Assembly: GCA_963717145.1 (NCBI GenBank)
Contig: OY970325.1
Span: forward strand, 5,280,001-5,344,000
Source: an uncultured Armatimonadetes bacterium
GTDB lineage: Bacteria; Armatimonadota; UBA5829; DTJY01
Reading direction: 5' to 3'
Length of the DNA: 64,000 nt
Notes under the pieces: model-generated
Database searches by the model: none
What the model was told of the DNA's origin: nothing
Seen by the model: only the letters and a program-made list of their open reading frames with translations
Made by a program: the position numbers and the translations under genes
Shown here: positions 27,996 to 37,644 of the stretch, piece after piece
How the letters are laid out: every line of letters starts with the position of its first letter
How positions within the stretch are numbered: the stretch's first letter is position 1

Positions 27996-28532
27996 ATGGA
28001 GCTTGAGACCGAGCGACTGATACTGCGACCGGTGGAAGAGGATGATGCGGCGATCCTTCATCCGCTCATCGACGATGCTGATGTCGCGGCCACGATGCTC
28101 AGCACTCCGCATCCGTACCCGGAAGGCGAATTCCGCGCATTCATCAGGAACGCTCGGGAGTCGCTGGAGCGCCGAGAGCGATACGAGATGGCGATCGTGC
28201 TGAAGGAGACAGGGCTTCCGGTCGGCGCGATCAGGTTCTTCAACATGGCTTGGGAGCATCTGCGATGCGAGACGGGCTGTTGGCTCGGAAAGACGTACTG
28301 GGGCAGAGGATATGCGACCGAGGCCACCGAGGCGATGATCCGATTCGGCTTCGAGGAACTCGGCCTTGAGAGCATACATGCCCACTGCCTGGAGAGCAAC
28401 AAGGCATCCGCGCGGGTGCTCGAGAAGGCGGGGCTCACGCTTGAGGGGAAGATCAGGCGCGCCGTCAGGAAGGGCGACGAGTTCCACGACGTGCTGCTCT
28501 TCGGGATCATCAGGGAGGATTTCGGACGATGA
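27996..28532 (+). CDS. RimJ/RimL-type GNAT acetyltransferase
   Basis: LETERLILRP, YWGRGYATEA, N.AS.RVLEK.G..EG. Confidence 0.9.
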   Translation: MELETERLILRPVEEDDAAILHPLIDDADVAATMLSTPHPYPEGEFRAFIRNARESLERRERYEMAIVLKETGLPVGAIRFFNMAWEHLRCETGCWLGKTYWGRGYATEATEAMIRFGFEELGLESIHAHCLESNKASARVLEKAGLTLEGKIRRAVRKGDEFHDVLLFGIIREDFGR

Positions 28533-29074
28533 AACTTGAAACCGAACGTCTGCTCCTTCGCCCGCTCAAGGACTCAGATGCGGCCGATCTGTATCCGATC
28601 ATCAACGACCCCGAGGTGAGCAACAACCTGCTCGTTCCGCATCCCTTCCCCAAGTCACGGATGCTCCCCTGGATTCGTGAGCGTCGTGAAGCCCTACTGA
28701 ACAAGGAACGGTACATGCTCGCGGTCGTGCCCAGGGAGGTCGGCAAGGCGATCGGCATCTGCGGGCTTATCGGCATCTCGTGGGAGCACATGAACGGCGA
28801 GATGATCTACTGGATCGGCAAGCCGCATTGGGGCAAGGGATACATCACTGAGGCCGGCAGGGAACTCCTCCGCTTCGGATTCGAGGACCTCGGCTTCGAG
28901 CGGATCTCGGTCGGATGCTTCACGCGCAACAAGGCCTCGTCGCGCGTGATCGAGAAGCTCGGGTTTGCATTCGAGGGCTGCTTCCGCCACGAGTTCCGGA
29001 AAGACGGTGAGTACCTCGACGTCCTCCACTACGGGATGCTCCGCGAGGACTACGAGGGGATGGGGAATGGTTGA
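28529..29074 (+). CDS. RimJ/RimL-type GNAT acetyltransferase (tandem paralogue)
   Basis: LETERLLLRP, HWGKGYITEA, N.ASSRVIEKLGF.FEG. Confidence 0.9.
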   Translation: MKLETERLLLRPLKDSDAADLYPIINDPEVSNNLLVPHPFPKSRMLPWIRERREALLNKERYMLAVVPREVGKAIGICGLIGISWEHMNGEMIYWIGKPHWGKGYITEAGRELLRFGFEDLGFERISVGCFTRNKASSRVIEKLGFAFEGCFRHEFRKDGEYLDVLHYGMLREDYEGMGNG

Positions 29075-29146
29075 TGGTTCATGGTTTATGGTTGATGGCG
29101 GAATGCTCCCCATGAACCATTGACCATGAACCATCAACCATTCCCC
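29062..29146. repeat. Inverted heptamer array forming 37-bp arms between convergent genes
   Basis: 29062-29098 versus 29110-29146; each arm supplies GNG-stop to one gene. Confidence 0.85.
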
Positions 29147-31225
29147 GGCTCCGGCATCGCCTTTGAGAGCATCTCGAGGAACCCCGGACTCGGCGTGAGT
29201 CCGTACTCCCGGCACAGAGCGATTTCCTTCCATGCGCCGGCGTAGTCACTCTTCGCATATAGCGCAATCGCCAGATTGTGGTGGGCTTCCGCGTAATCCG
29301 GCCTCGATCTCAGAGCCTGGCGATAGTGATCTATCGCCCCGTCCGGATCCCCCTTGCTGATGAGAACGACCCCCATATTGAGGTGCGCCTCCGGGTAGTC
29401 TGGCCGGATCCACAGCGCCTTGGAGTACTCGCTCATGGCCTCATCCACGCTGCCGAGTGTCCTGAAGACTTCCCCCAGGTTGAGGTGCGCCTGCGGGTCA
29501 CTTGGGTCGAGCTCGACAGCGGTGCGGTACTCGGCAACGGCTTCATCCGTCTGACCCAGTTGGAGGAGTGCATGAGCCAGGTTCCCATGAGGCGCGGCCA
29601 GATTCGTGTCCAGCGCGATCGATCTCCTGTATGCCGCGATCGCCTCGTCGATCTTCTGCTGCTGCTCCAGGACAGAGCCCAGGTTGTTGTATACCGTGGG
29701 GTCCTGGGGATTCGCCTTGATCGACTTGTTGTACTCCGCGACGGCCTCATCCAACCTGTCGAGGTCCGACAGCGCGTTCCCAAGATTCGTGTGCACATCA
29801 GCGTAGGTCGAAACGATCGCGAGCGCCTTCCGGTACTCGGCGATCGCGGCTTCGGGATGGCCCTGGTCATAGAGCGCCACCCCGAGATTGTTGTGCATCA
29901 TGAAGTTTCCTCTGAGTCACCGCCAGCGCGTGTCTGCAGAGGGATATCTCGTCCTTCCAGTACCCGGTTTGCCGCCACGTGCCGACCACGCAGGCGGCGA
30001 TGATGAGGACGGCGGGGACGGAGAGTACGGGAGTATGGGGGTATGGGCGTGTGGGAGCGCTGCCGGAGTTCGATCTCCCATACCCCCACACCCCCATACT
30101 CCAATACTCCGCAACCGCCCACGTCAGCGCGATGAACACGCCGATCAGCGGCACATAGGTGTACCTGTCCGCCATCGACTGCGATCCGACCTGCACGAGG
30201 CCGATCACGGGCAGGAGTGTGATGACGAACCACGACCAGCCGACCGCCAGATAGGGCTTTCTCCTCGCGAGGAGGATCACGAGCGCGGTGATGCCGGTCA
30301 GGAGTACGGTCGAACCGATCACCTGCCACACAGGGATGGTGATCCCCCGATGCGGGTAGAAGGCCGCCAGGCCCGTTGGAACGATCATCTTCCAGAGGTA
30401 CCACACCGTGGAAACAAGGGCGTTCGCTACTCGTACGCCGAGCGGGAACCCGCTGATCGCTACAGACCCGCTGGCCTGCTGCGCGAGATAGGTCACGATC
30501 GCGGAGCCGATGGACAGGGCGAAGAGAGGGATCTTCTCGACTATCAGGGCCGTAGGGGAGGTCTTCAACGGCCTCCCGATCCGGGCGGGCGTAGAAGCAC
30601 CGCCCATACGGGAAACGCCGGACCGTTCTAGAGGCCAGAAGTCGATCAGCAGCAGCACGAGCGGGAGGCTGACGAGCATCGGCTTCGACAGCAGCCCGAG
30701 AGCGAACAGCCCTGTGACAAGGGCATACGTGCCGATGCCGGGGCGCTCGACATACCGCACGTAGGCCAGCATCGTGAGCATCCAGAACAGCGCGCTCAGC
30801 ACGTCCTTCCGTTCGGCGACCCATGCCACCGACTCGACGTGCAGCGGGTGAACGGCGAACAGCGCGGCCACGAATGCGCTCCTCCAGATGAATCCGGTCA
30901 TTCGGCGAAGTACGGCGAAAAGGAGCACGACGTTGGCGACATGGAGCAGCAGATTGACGAGGTGTGGGCCGAACGGATCGAGCCCCCAGATCTGGCTGTC
31001 GAGCATGTGGGATATCCACGTGAGCGGGTGCCAGTTTGAGGCGAACATTGCCGTGAACGCCCAGTTGATGTCCGCCCAGTTCAAGCCGTTCTGCACGTGC
31101 GGGTTGCCGAGGATGTACAGCTTGTCATCGAAGACGAAGCCGGCGACGAATACCCTCCAGAACGCTCCCGCAGTCACCACCGCGAGAAGCGCGGCCACTC
31201 CAATGAACCGGCGGTTTTTGTTCAT
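29134..31225 (-). CDS. TMTC-like GT-C membrane glycosyltransferase with C-terminal TPRs; frameshift at A3 run near 29907
   Basis: FDD.LYI..N, NWHPLTW.SH.LD, HPLHVESVAWVAERKD, MADRYTY; TPR ORF 29134..29901 continues it. Confidence 0.8.
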
Positions 31226-31242
31226 GCAACCTGCCTCTTGCT

Positions 31243-31298
31243 GTAGGGGAGTCCTTCAACGGACTCCCGGTCGCGGGCGGGCGTTGAAGCCCCCCTAC
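31243..31298. repeat. GTAG-type REP doublet (family copies in frame at 30550-30611 and 32743-32831)
   Basis: GTAGGGGAG.CCTTCAACGG.CTCCC..GGGCGGGCG..GAAGC..CCCCTAC. Confidence 0.85.
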
Positions 31299-33460
31299 GG
31301 AGTCTGCAACCCCGGTATCTTTTGGGAGAGCACGGCGATCAGTTGCGGGTTGAGCTTGACGCCCTGCTTCCCGGCTCTCACGATCTGATCCCTGGCCGCT
31401 GCGTAGTCGCCTTTGTAGTAGTAACATCCTGCCAGATTGTTCTGAGCCGCCGCATTGGTCGGACTGATCCGAATCGCCTCGAGGTACTCCGCGATCGCCT
31501 CGTCGTACTTCTTCTGCGACAGAAGCATATTCGCCAGGTTGTTGTGCGCTTCAGAGTACTTGGGGTTCAGTCGGATGGCTTCCGCGTATTCATCCATCGC
31601 GCCGTCCGCGTCCCCGAGTTGCTTCAACACCAGGCCCAGGTTGTAGTGAACCTCCGCGAACTTCGGATCCAGCTCGATCACCCTCCTGAAGGACTCTGCC
31701 GCTTCGTCCATCCTGCCGAGCGCCATCTGGGACTTCCCGACGCCGTAGTAAGCACTCGACTGGTCGGGCGACTGCTCCAGGAACTCGTTGAATTGCCCGA
31801 TCGCGTCCTCATACCTGCCCATCACCGCATATGCATTTGCCAGGTTGCCGTGAGCCTCAGCGTAATCCGGATTGCATGCCAGGGCGGCCACATAACACTC
31901 CACCGCCTTGTCGAACTCCTTGCGCTCGGAGTAGATGTTGCCCAGATTCATATGCCCGTACGCGTATCGTGGGTTGATCTCCAGCGCCTCGGCATAGTGC
32001 GCGGCGGCCTCGTCGAGCTTGCCGTGCTCCTCCAGGTAGACGCCCAGATTGTTGTGAGCGACCTCGTTTCTCGGGTTCACGGCGATAGTGTGCTCGAACA
32101 GAGTCCGACCGTTCTTCCAGTAGCCGACCTGCCTCCAGGTGACGGGGAAGAGAGCGGCGAGGACGATGACTGCCAGGATTGCACGTATGGGAGTATGCGA
32201 GTATGGGGGTGCGGGAGTCTGGTCCTCTATCTTAGTCTTGCTCTTGCCCTTGCTCTTACTCTCGCTCCCATACTCCCGCACTCCCACACTCCCATACTCA
32301 GCCACTCCCCACGTCAGCATCAAGAACAGCCCGATCAGCGGGATGTACGTATACCGGTCCGCCATCGCCTGGAAGCCGACCTGCACCAGTCCGATGACAG
32401 GCACGAGCGTCACGAGGAACCACAGCCATCCGACGGTGAGATAGGTGCGCTTGCGTCCGAAGTACAACGCCCCTGCGGTGAGCGCCACCAAAGCCGTCGC
32501 CGATGCGATCACCCCCAAGATCGGCAGACTTGCGCCGGGATGCAGGTACGGCGTGGTGAGTTTCGCCGGCCAGAACATCTTGCCGACGTATGCCACATAC
32601 GCGACAAGGGCATTTGAGAGTCTGACGCCGAGCGTGAAGCTCTGTGTTTCGGCCATCGAGCCGCCCCGCTGCTGGACGAGATACGTCACTACGCAGGATG
32701 CCGCCGACAGAACGATCAGCGGAACCTTCTCCAGGACCAGCGCCGTAGGGGAGGCCTTCAACGGCCTCCCGATCCCCGACAGACGCGAGAGATCATCGGT
32801 CCGGGCGGGCGTGGAAGCACCGCCCCTACGGGAGACGGACACCCGCCGAAGCGGCCAGTAGTCGAGCAGCAGGAGCACGAACGGCAGCGTTACGAGCATC
32901 GGTTTCGCCATCAATCCGAGTGCGAGCAGGACGAAGACAGGTGCGTACCTGGTGATGTTCGGGTGCTCGGTATACCGGACGTATGCCAGCATCGTGAGCA
33001 TCCAGAAGAATGCGCTCAGGACGTCCTTCCGCTCGGCGATCCATGCGACCGATTCCACGTGAACGGGATGGATCCCGAAAAGGGCCGCGACGAACGCGCT
33101 CCTCCAGACGAAGCCAGTCATCCGCCGAAACACCAGGAACAGGAGCACCGTGTTGATGATGTGGAACAGGAGGTTGACCGCATGTGGACCGGCGGCCCCC
33201 GATCCGAAGATGCTCCAGTCGAGCATATGGGAGAGCCACGTCAGGGGATGCCAGTTGCTCGCGTGGCCGGTGGTGAACGCCCAGACGAACCCATCCCAAG
33301 TCATGCCGTCCTGAACGTGCGGGTTCTGAGTGACGTACTTATCGTCGTCCCAGTTGGTGAAACCGTGGCCGAAAACCTGCCAGAATGCCGCCAGGACAAT
33401 CAGCGAGAGGAGCAGGCAGACCAGCAGGTCCACGCGCAGACCGAGCAGCTTGCCCTTCAT
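31295..33460 (-). CDS. TMTC-like GT-C membrane glycosyltransferase with C-terminal TPRs
   Basis: WDDDKYV, NWHPLTWLSH, HVESVAWIAERKD, MADRYTY, about 7 TPRs; start ATG 33460 with GGAGG. Confidence 0.85.
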   Translation of the reverse strand: MKGKLLGLRVDLLVCLLLSLIVLAAFWQVFGHGFTNWDDDKYVTQNPHVQDGMTWDGFVWAFTTGHASNWHPLTWLSHMLDWSIFGSGAAGPHAVNLLFHIINTVLLFLVFRRMTGFVWRSAFVAALFGIHPVHVESVAWIAERKDVLSAFFWMLTMLAYVRYTEHPNITRYAPVFVLLALGLMAKPMLVTLPFVLLLLDYWPLRRVSVSRRGGASTPARTDDLSRLSGIGRPLKASPTALVLEKVPLIVLSAASCVVTYLVQQRGGSMAETQSFTLGVRLSNALVAYVAYVGKMFWPAKLTTPYLHPGASLPILGVIASATALVALTAGALYFGRKRTYLTVGWLWFLVTLVPVIGLVQVGFQAMADRYTYIPLIGLFLMLTWGVAEYGSVGVREYGSESKSKGKSKTKIEDQTPAPPYSHTPIRAILAVIVLAALFPVTWRQVGYWKNGRTLFEHTIAVNPRNEVAHNNLGVYLEEHGKLDEAAAHYAEALEINPRYAYGHMNLGNIYSERKEFDKAVECYVAALACNPDYAEAHGNLANAYAVMGRYEDAIGQFNEFLEQSPDQSSAYYGVGKSQMALGRMDEAAESFRRVIELDPKFAEVHYNLGLVLKQLGDADGAMDEYAEAIRLNPKYSEAHNNLANMLLSQKKYDEAIAEYLEAIRISPTNAAAQNNLAGCYYYKGDYAAARDQIVRAGKQGVKLNPQLIAVLSQKIPGLQTP

Positions 33461-33607
33461 TATTGAACCTCCAGTCTGGGGTTGGTAGATTCGTTCCATG
33501 AGAACAGATGCTTTGCGAGTTGATGCCCGGTGGAACTGCGGCGGGATGGGCATCAGGCTTGTGAGCACAGCATACTACGCGGGCGGCGTTTCGTCAACAG
33601 GGATTGT

Positions 33608-35728
33608 CTACGCGTCGCTATCTGCCGTCCTCTCCCACTTCACGGCCAGGCAGGCGATGTCATCATGAAGCACTCCGGCGGACCATGATCTTGCACGGTC
33701 GACGATCTTGTCGATCATCCCCTCGGATGGCAGGGAGAGGAGTTCGGCGCACACAGCGGTCAGCCCCTCCACGCCGAACATCTTGCCCTGCCTTCGTACC
33801 TCGGTCAGGCCGTCGGTGTAGAGAAGGATGCCGTTTACTCCGGACAGATCGGCCTCAGTTGTCTGGTATTTGGCAGACTCATCGATGGCCAGGGGAAGTC
33901 CCGAGTGCTGCTCCATAGATATGCAGACGCCTTCCCGAAGCATCACCGGCATCATATGCCCGGCGTTCGCATACTGGATGGTCCGGTTCTTCGTATCGAG
34001 CACGCCAGCGAAGACGGTGACAAATCGCATATCCCCGAAACGATTCCTCGCCAGCGCTGAGTTCGTCAGTTCGAATGCTTCCCCAGGCGGCATTCCGTGA
34101 AGCAGTAGACCCCGAAGTGTGTAGACAGTCATCGCCATCATGGACGCAGCATCGAGACCGTGTCCGGAGACATCGCCGATCACCAGAGCCAGCTTCCCGT
34201 CGTCCAGGGCGAACACATCATACAGATCGCCTCCGACCTCAGCCACCTGCTCTGCGGGGATGTATCGCACGGCGATATCCATGCCGGGGATGTCGGGTAC
34301 CTTGGGTAGAAGACTGAGCTGCAGCATCTCCGCTATGTGGTGCTCGCGCTCATAGGCAATGGAGTTCCTAATCGCGACGGCCGCCTGCCTGGCGAAACTC
34401 GAAAGGAGTTCCGCCTCTCTGGGGCCGAACCCGGCTGACCTGGGCGAGTACACCTGGATCACTCCTAACGTGTGCTTATCGGATATGATCGACGCCGAGA
34501 CGACGGACTTGGCCGGCGGTCCCTCGAGATGCTGGCAGTGGCAATCCGGGTCGTGGCCGGGGATAGTGCTTACGTCGTCGATCACCACCGGATTGTAGCC
34601 GGACATGGCCATCCCGGCCGCAGTGTGTTCCGGGGACACTGCGCGGCCGGTTACCAGCATTCCGATCTGTGCCTCGATGCGGAGTTCCCCATCATGGGTG
34701 AGCATCACCGCACTTGATCGGGCTCCGAGCATATCGGATGCAATCTCCGCGATCAGTTGCAGTACCTGCTTCGAATCCAGACTCGAGGCGAGCGCGGTTC
34801 CAATCCGAGAGAACGACTGCTCGATCTGATCCCTGGCCTTCACAAGCTGGTAGTACGGTCGCTGCAGCGATGATACGAACACCGCCCGGAATATCATCAG
34901 GTAGGCGGCGACTTTGTACAGGTGGCCGAGAACATTATAGGTGTCGAACGCGCTGGCGTAGAGAGTGAAACTCAGTTCGCTGAAGATGCCGACGACGAGA
35001 GCTGACTGCAGGAGGACTATGTTCGACGCACCGTGTCCTCGCCTCCCAAAGACGTAGACCGACAGAGCATAAAGCGCGATAACCGTCCATTCGAGTCCGA
35101 TCTTCAGAGGTGTAAGGCCTTGCCCGGGGACAAACATGGGAGGCAGGGCCTGAGGATAGTAGGATACGACTGCCACAAACGCCGCAACCAGCGCGGTGAC
35201 GCCGGCAGCGAGGATGCCGGGAGCAGGCAGCCTGCGACGGCTGTCGGCGACTACGAATGCGGCGATCAGTATGCCGATTCCATCGACCAAGCGTGCGGCA
35301 ACCCAGTACGTGGCCGCCTTCGAGACGCTGTTTGGAGACAGGAACGCCGGCATTCCGCTGTAGGACAGTACGTGTGCGAAGTCGATCAGGCCGACGGTAA
35401 GGAATGTGATCCCGATGACCAGGTCCTGCCTGTTGGCAGTCTGCTTGTAGCCATACCAGCCTATCGTGAATACGGCAAAGCTGACTACGATGCTCAGGAA
35501 CTCGAAGGCGATGTGGAAAACGATGTAGTCGTGTATGGGCATCACCCCGTAGAAGATGCCCGGGAGCAGACCGACGAGCGCGAAGCTGAGCGCGCATATG
35601 CCGAATGCCATTCCGAGCAGTCTGGTTCGGGACTGCGCGCTGATCGGCGCTGCCGGATCGGGAGGTATGGCGGTATTCAGTTTCAGGGCCTTTCCTCCTT
35701 GCCGTGAGTGATCGCCCCACGGGTACAT
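33608..35728 (-). CDS. MASE3-GAF-PP2C (SpoIIE/RsbU-like) phosphatase
   Basis: H...E.LSI..D..H.LSY.GMP membrane domain, GAF, GGDLYD, GDVSGHG, NAGH, YTDG, DD; start uncertain. Confidence 0.85.
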   Translation of the reverse strand: MYPWGDHSRQGGKALKLNTAIPPDPAAPISAQSRTRLLGMAFGICALSFALVGLLPGIFYGVMPIHDYIVFHIAFEFLSIVVSFAVFTIGWYGYKQTANRQDLVIGITFLTVGLIDFAHVLSYSGMPAFLSPNSVSKAATYWVAARLVDGIGILIAAFVVADSRRRLPAPGILAAGVTALVAAFVAVVSYYPQALPPMFVPGQGLTPLKIGLEWTVIALYALSVYVFGRRGHGASNIVLLQSALVVGIFSELSFTLYASAFDTYNVLGHLYKVAAYLMIFRAVFVSSLQRPYYQLVKARDQIEQSFSRIGTALASSLDSKQVLQLIAEIASDMLGARSSAVMLTHDGELRIEAQIGMLVTGRAVSPEHTAAGMAMSGYNPVVIDDVSTIPGHDPDCHCQHLEGPPAKSVVSASIISDKHTLGVIQVYSPRSAGFGPREAELLSSFARQAAVAIRNSIAYEREHHIAEMLQLSLLPKVPDIPGMDIAVRYIPAEQVAEVGGDLYDVFALDDGKLALVIGDVSGHGLDAASMMAMTVYTLRGLLLHGMPPGEAFELTNSALARNRFGDMRFVTVFAGVLDTKNRTIQYANAGHMMPVMLREGVCISMEQHSGLPLAIDESAKYQTTEADLSGVNGILLYTDGLTEVRRQGKMFGVEGLTAVCAELLSLPSEGMIDKIVDRARSWSAGVLHDDIACLAVKWERTADSDA

Positions 35729-35775
35729 CCATTATATTGAGTGATGACGCGGATGTCTACCCACCGGGGGGTGTT

Positions 35776-37644
35776 TCATTTACGCTGCAGTCGGAAGAGG
35801 TTGGACGTCGAGAATGCGGCCGGCGTCCGGCCCGATGTGGGCAGCCATGAAGTGTATCGGTTGCCCGCATTTCCCGCACTGGCGAAATCGCAGAGGACGA
35901 CCGGGCTGTCCTTCGTCGCTAGGCGGACGAGGATCCAAGGCTCAGGCCGATATCCATGCGAGGGGATCATCTCGGGCTCAGCATCGAGGCCGAGTTCCGG
36001 GAGCGTATCGGGCCCGCCGAAACGCTGGTCGTGTGCCAGCAGGATGGGTCCTCGGTGGACGGACACCTTGCCCTCGCACTCGCGCTCGCCAACCCAGAAC
36101 CACGGGCGCATGTCGAGACTGATCTCGACCGTATCGCCGTCTTTCCACTCGCGGTCGAGCGTCAGATAGGTTCCTGCGACGGCCTCGACCTCACCGCCGT
36201 TCAGGTGCACACTCGTCTTCTCGCTCCAAGCGGGGATGCGGAACCTGATCGCCAGACTGCTCGGGGTGTCGATGCCGACTTTGAAGCGGATCCTGCCATG
36301 CCTGGGGTAGTCGGTCTCCTGTGAGAGAGTCAGACGCCTCCCGTTCGGGGCGGTCACCTCGAACTTCGACGGCCCATAGTAGTTGACGGTGACGCTGCCG
36401 TCCCTGCCGGTCATGATCGCCCATTCCGACAGAAATCCGAGGCCGCGCGGGCCGTTCACCGAGCAGCAGTTCAGTTCCGGCGTGCCGGGTCGTGCCTGGA
36501 AGGCAATCTCATCAGTGCTTGCACGTCGGACGCCGTCCATCGGCGTGTTGTACGTGTACCAGCGACCATTCGGTTCCTGAGAGCCGAGAACCGCGTTGAA
36601 GGTCGAAAGTTCGAGTTCGTCCGCGACCCTCGAGTCCCCGGTGAGTTGGAGCATATCGACCGTCATCGCCATCCATGCGATCGTGCAGCAGGTCTCGATC
36701 GCGCCCTGGTGATACGGGTTGCCCTGCGCCTTCTCGCCGGATGAGAATCCGCCGGTGTTATGGCGGTCGAGCTTGGCGATGCTCCACCAAATGCGCTCGA
36801 AGGCCGTGCGGTACTTCTCGTCGCCGGTGATGTGGTACATCTCGCCGATCGCCTGGATCGCGTGGAGGCCCTCCCATCGGCACTGCGGCATCTCGAAGTA
36901 CTCCTTGCCGGCCAGGGCCTGGCGGATGTAGTCGCCCGAGCCGGGCCTCTCGAAGTCCTTCATGATCTCAGTCGCCATGTCGAGGTAGCGCTTGTTGCCG
37001 GTTTCCTGATGAAGCAGCGTGAAGATATGGGCGCACGACTCGTTCATCTCGTAGTCGCCCGCATCGGCCACTCGTTTGCCGCCGTCGAGGAAGTAGCGGG
37101 TGAAGTAGTCGGCGCACTTGAGGCACGAGTCGAGCGCCTCCCTGTCGCCGGTCTCCTCATACCAGAGATAGAGGCCGAGCATGCAGTGATACTGCCCCCA
37201 GAGGTCCCAGATTCCCGGCCCCAGCATGCGTTTCTCCGCCCACCACGGGCCGAGGTAGCCGTCGTCGCCCTGGGTCGCCCTGAACTCATTGATGAACTCC
37301 CTGAGGAACGAGAGCAACTCCTTGTCGCGAGTGAGCCGGTAGCAGAGGACGGCCGAGGTCAGGTACTTCCCCGCGAACTCTCCGGACCAGGGGTTCAGGT
37401 TCGCGGGCTGGTTGCGCTCCCGGTCGCGGAACATCTGGAGCATCCCCGGATTCGACTTCGGCGCCTGCTTCAGCCAGTTCTCCTGGTTCACCTTGATCCT
37501 GTCACCGACGAAGCCCCGAAACTCCAGATCCGTCTTGGCGATCGGCGTCATCACCTTGGGGATGCGCCCCGTCGCCGATGCATCACCCGTCGTCGCCAGG
37601 AGACAGACCATCAGAACCAGACAGCATGCCAGATGCTCGCTCAT
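35776..37644 (-). CDS. Secreted GH127 beta-L-arabinofuranosidase-like protein
   Basis: GEFAGKY, LHA, TGG.S.GE, ETCCT, NCCSVNG, QETDYP, RIPAW. Confidence 0.85.
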   Translation of the reverse strand: MSEHLACCLVLMVCLLATTGDASATGRIPKVMTPIAKTDLEFRGFVGDRIKVNQENWLKQAPKSNPGMLQMFRDRERNQPANLNPWSGEFAGKYLTSAVLCYRLTRDKELLSFLREFINEFRATQGDDGYLGPWWAEKRMLGPGIWDLWGQYHCMLGLYLWYEETGDREALDSCLKCADYFTRYFLDGGKRVADAGDYEMNESCAHIFTLLHQETGNKRYLDMATEIMKDFERPGSGDYIRQALAGKEYFEMPQCRWEGLHAIQAIGEMYHITGDEKYRTAFERIWWSIAKLDRHNTGGFSSGEKAQGNPYHQGAIETCCTIAWMAMTVDMLQLTGDSRVADELELSTFNAVLGSQEPNGRWYTYNTPMDGVRRASTDEIAFQARPGTPELNCCSVNGPRGLGFLSEWAIMTGRDGSVTVNYYGPSKFEVTAPNGRRLTLSQETDYPRHGRIRFKVGIDTPSSLAIRFRIPAWSEKTSVHLNGGEVEAVAGTYLTLDREWKDGDTVEISLDMRPWFWVGERECEGKVSVHRGPILLAHDQRFGGPDTLPELGLDAEPEMIPSHGYRPEPWILVRLATKDSPVVLCDFASAGNAGNRYTSWLPTSGRTPAAFSTSNLFRLQRK

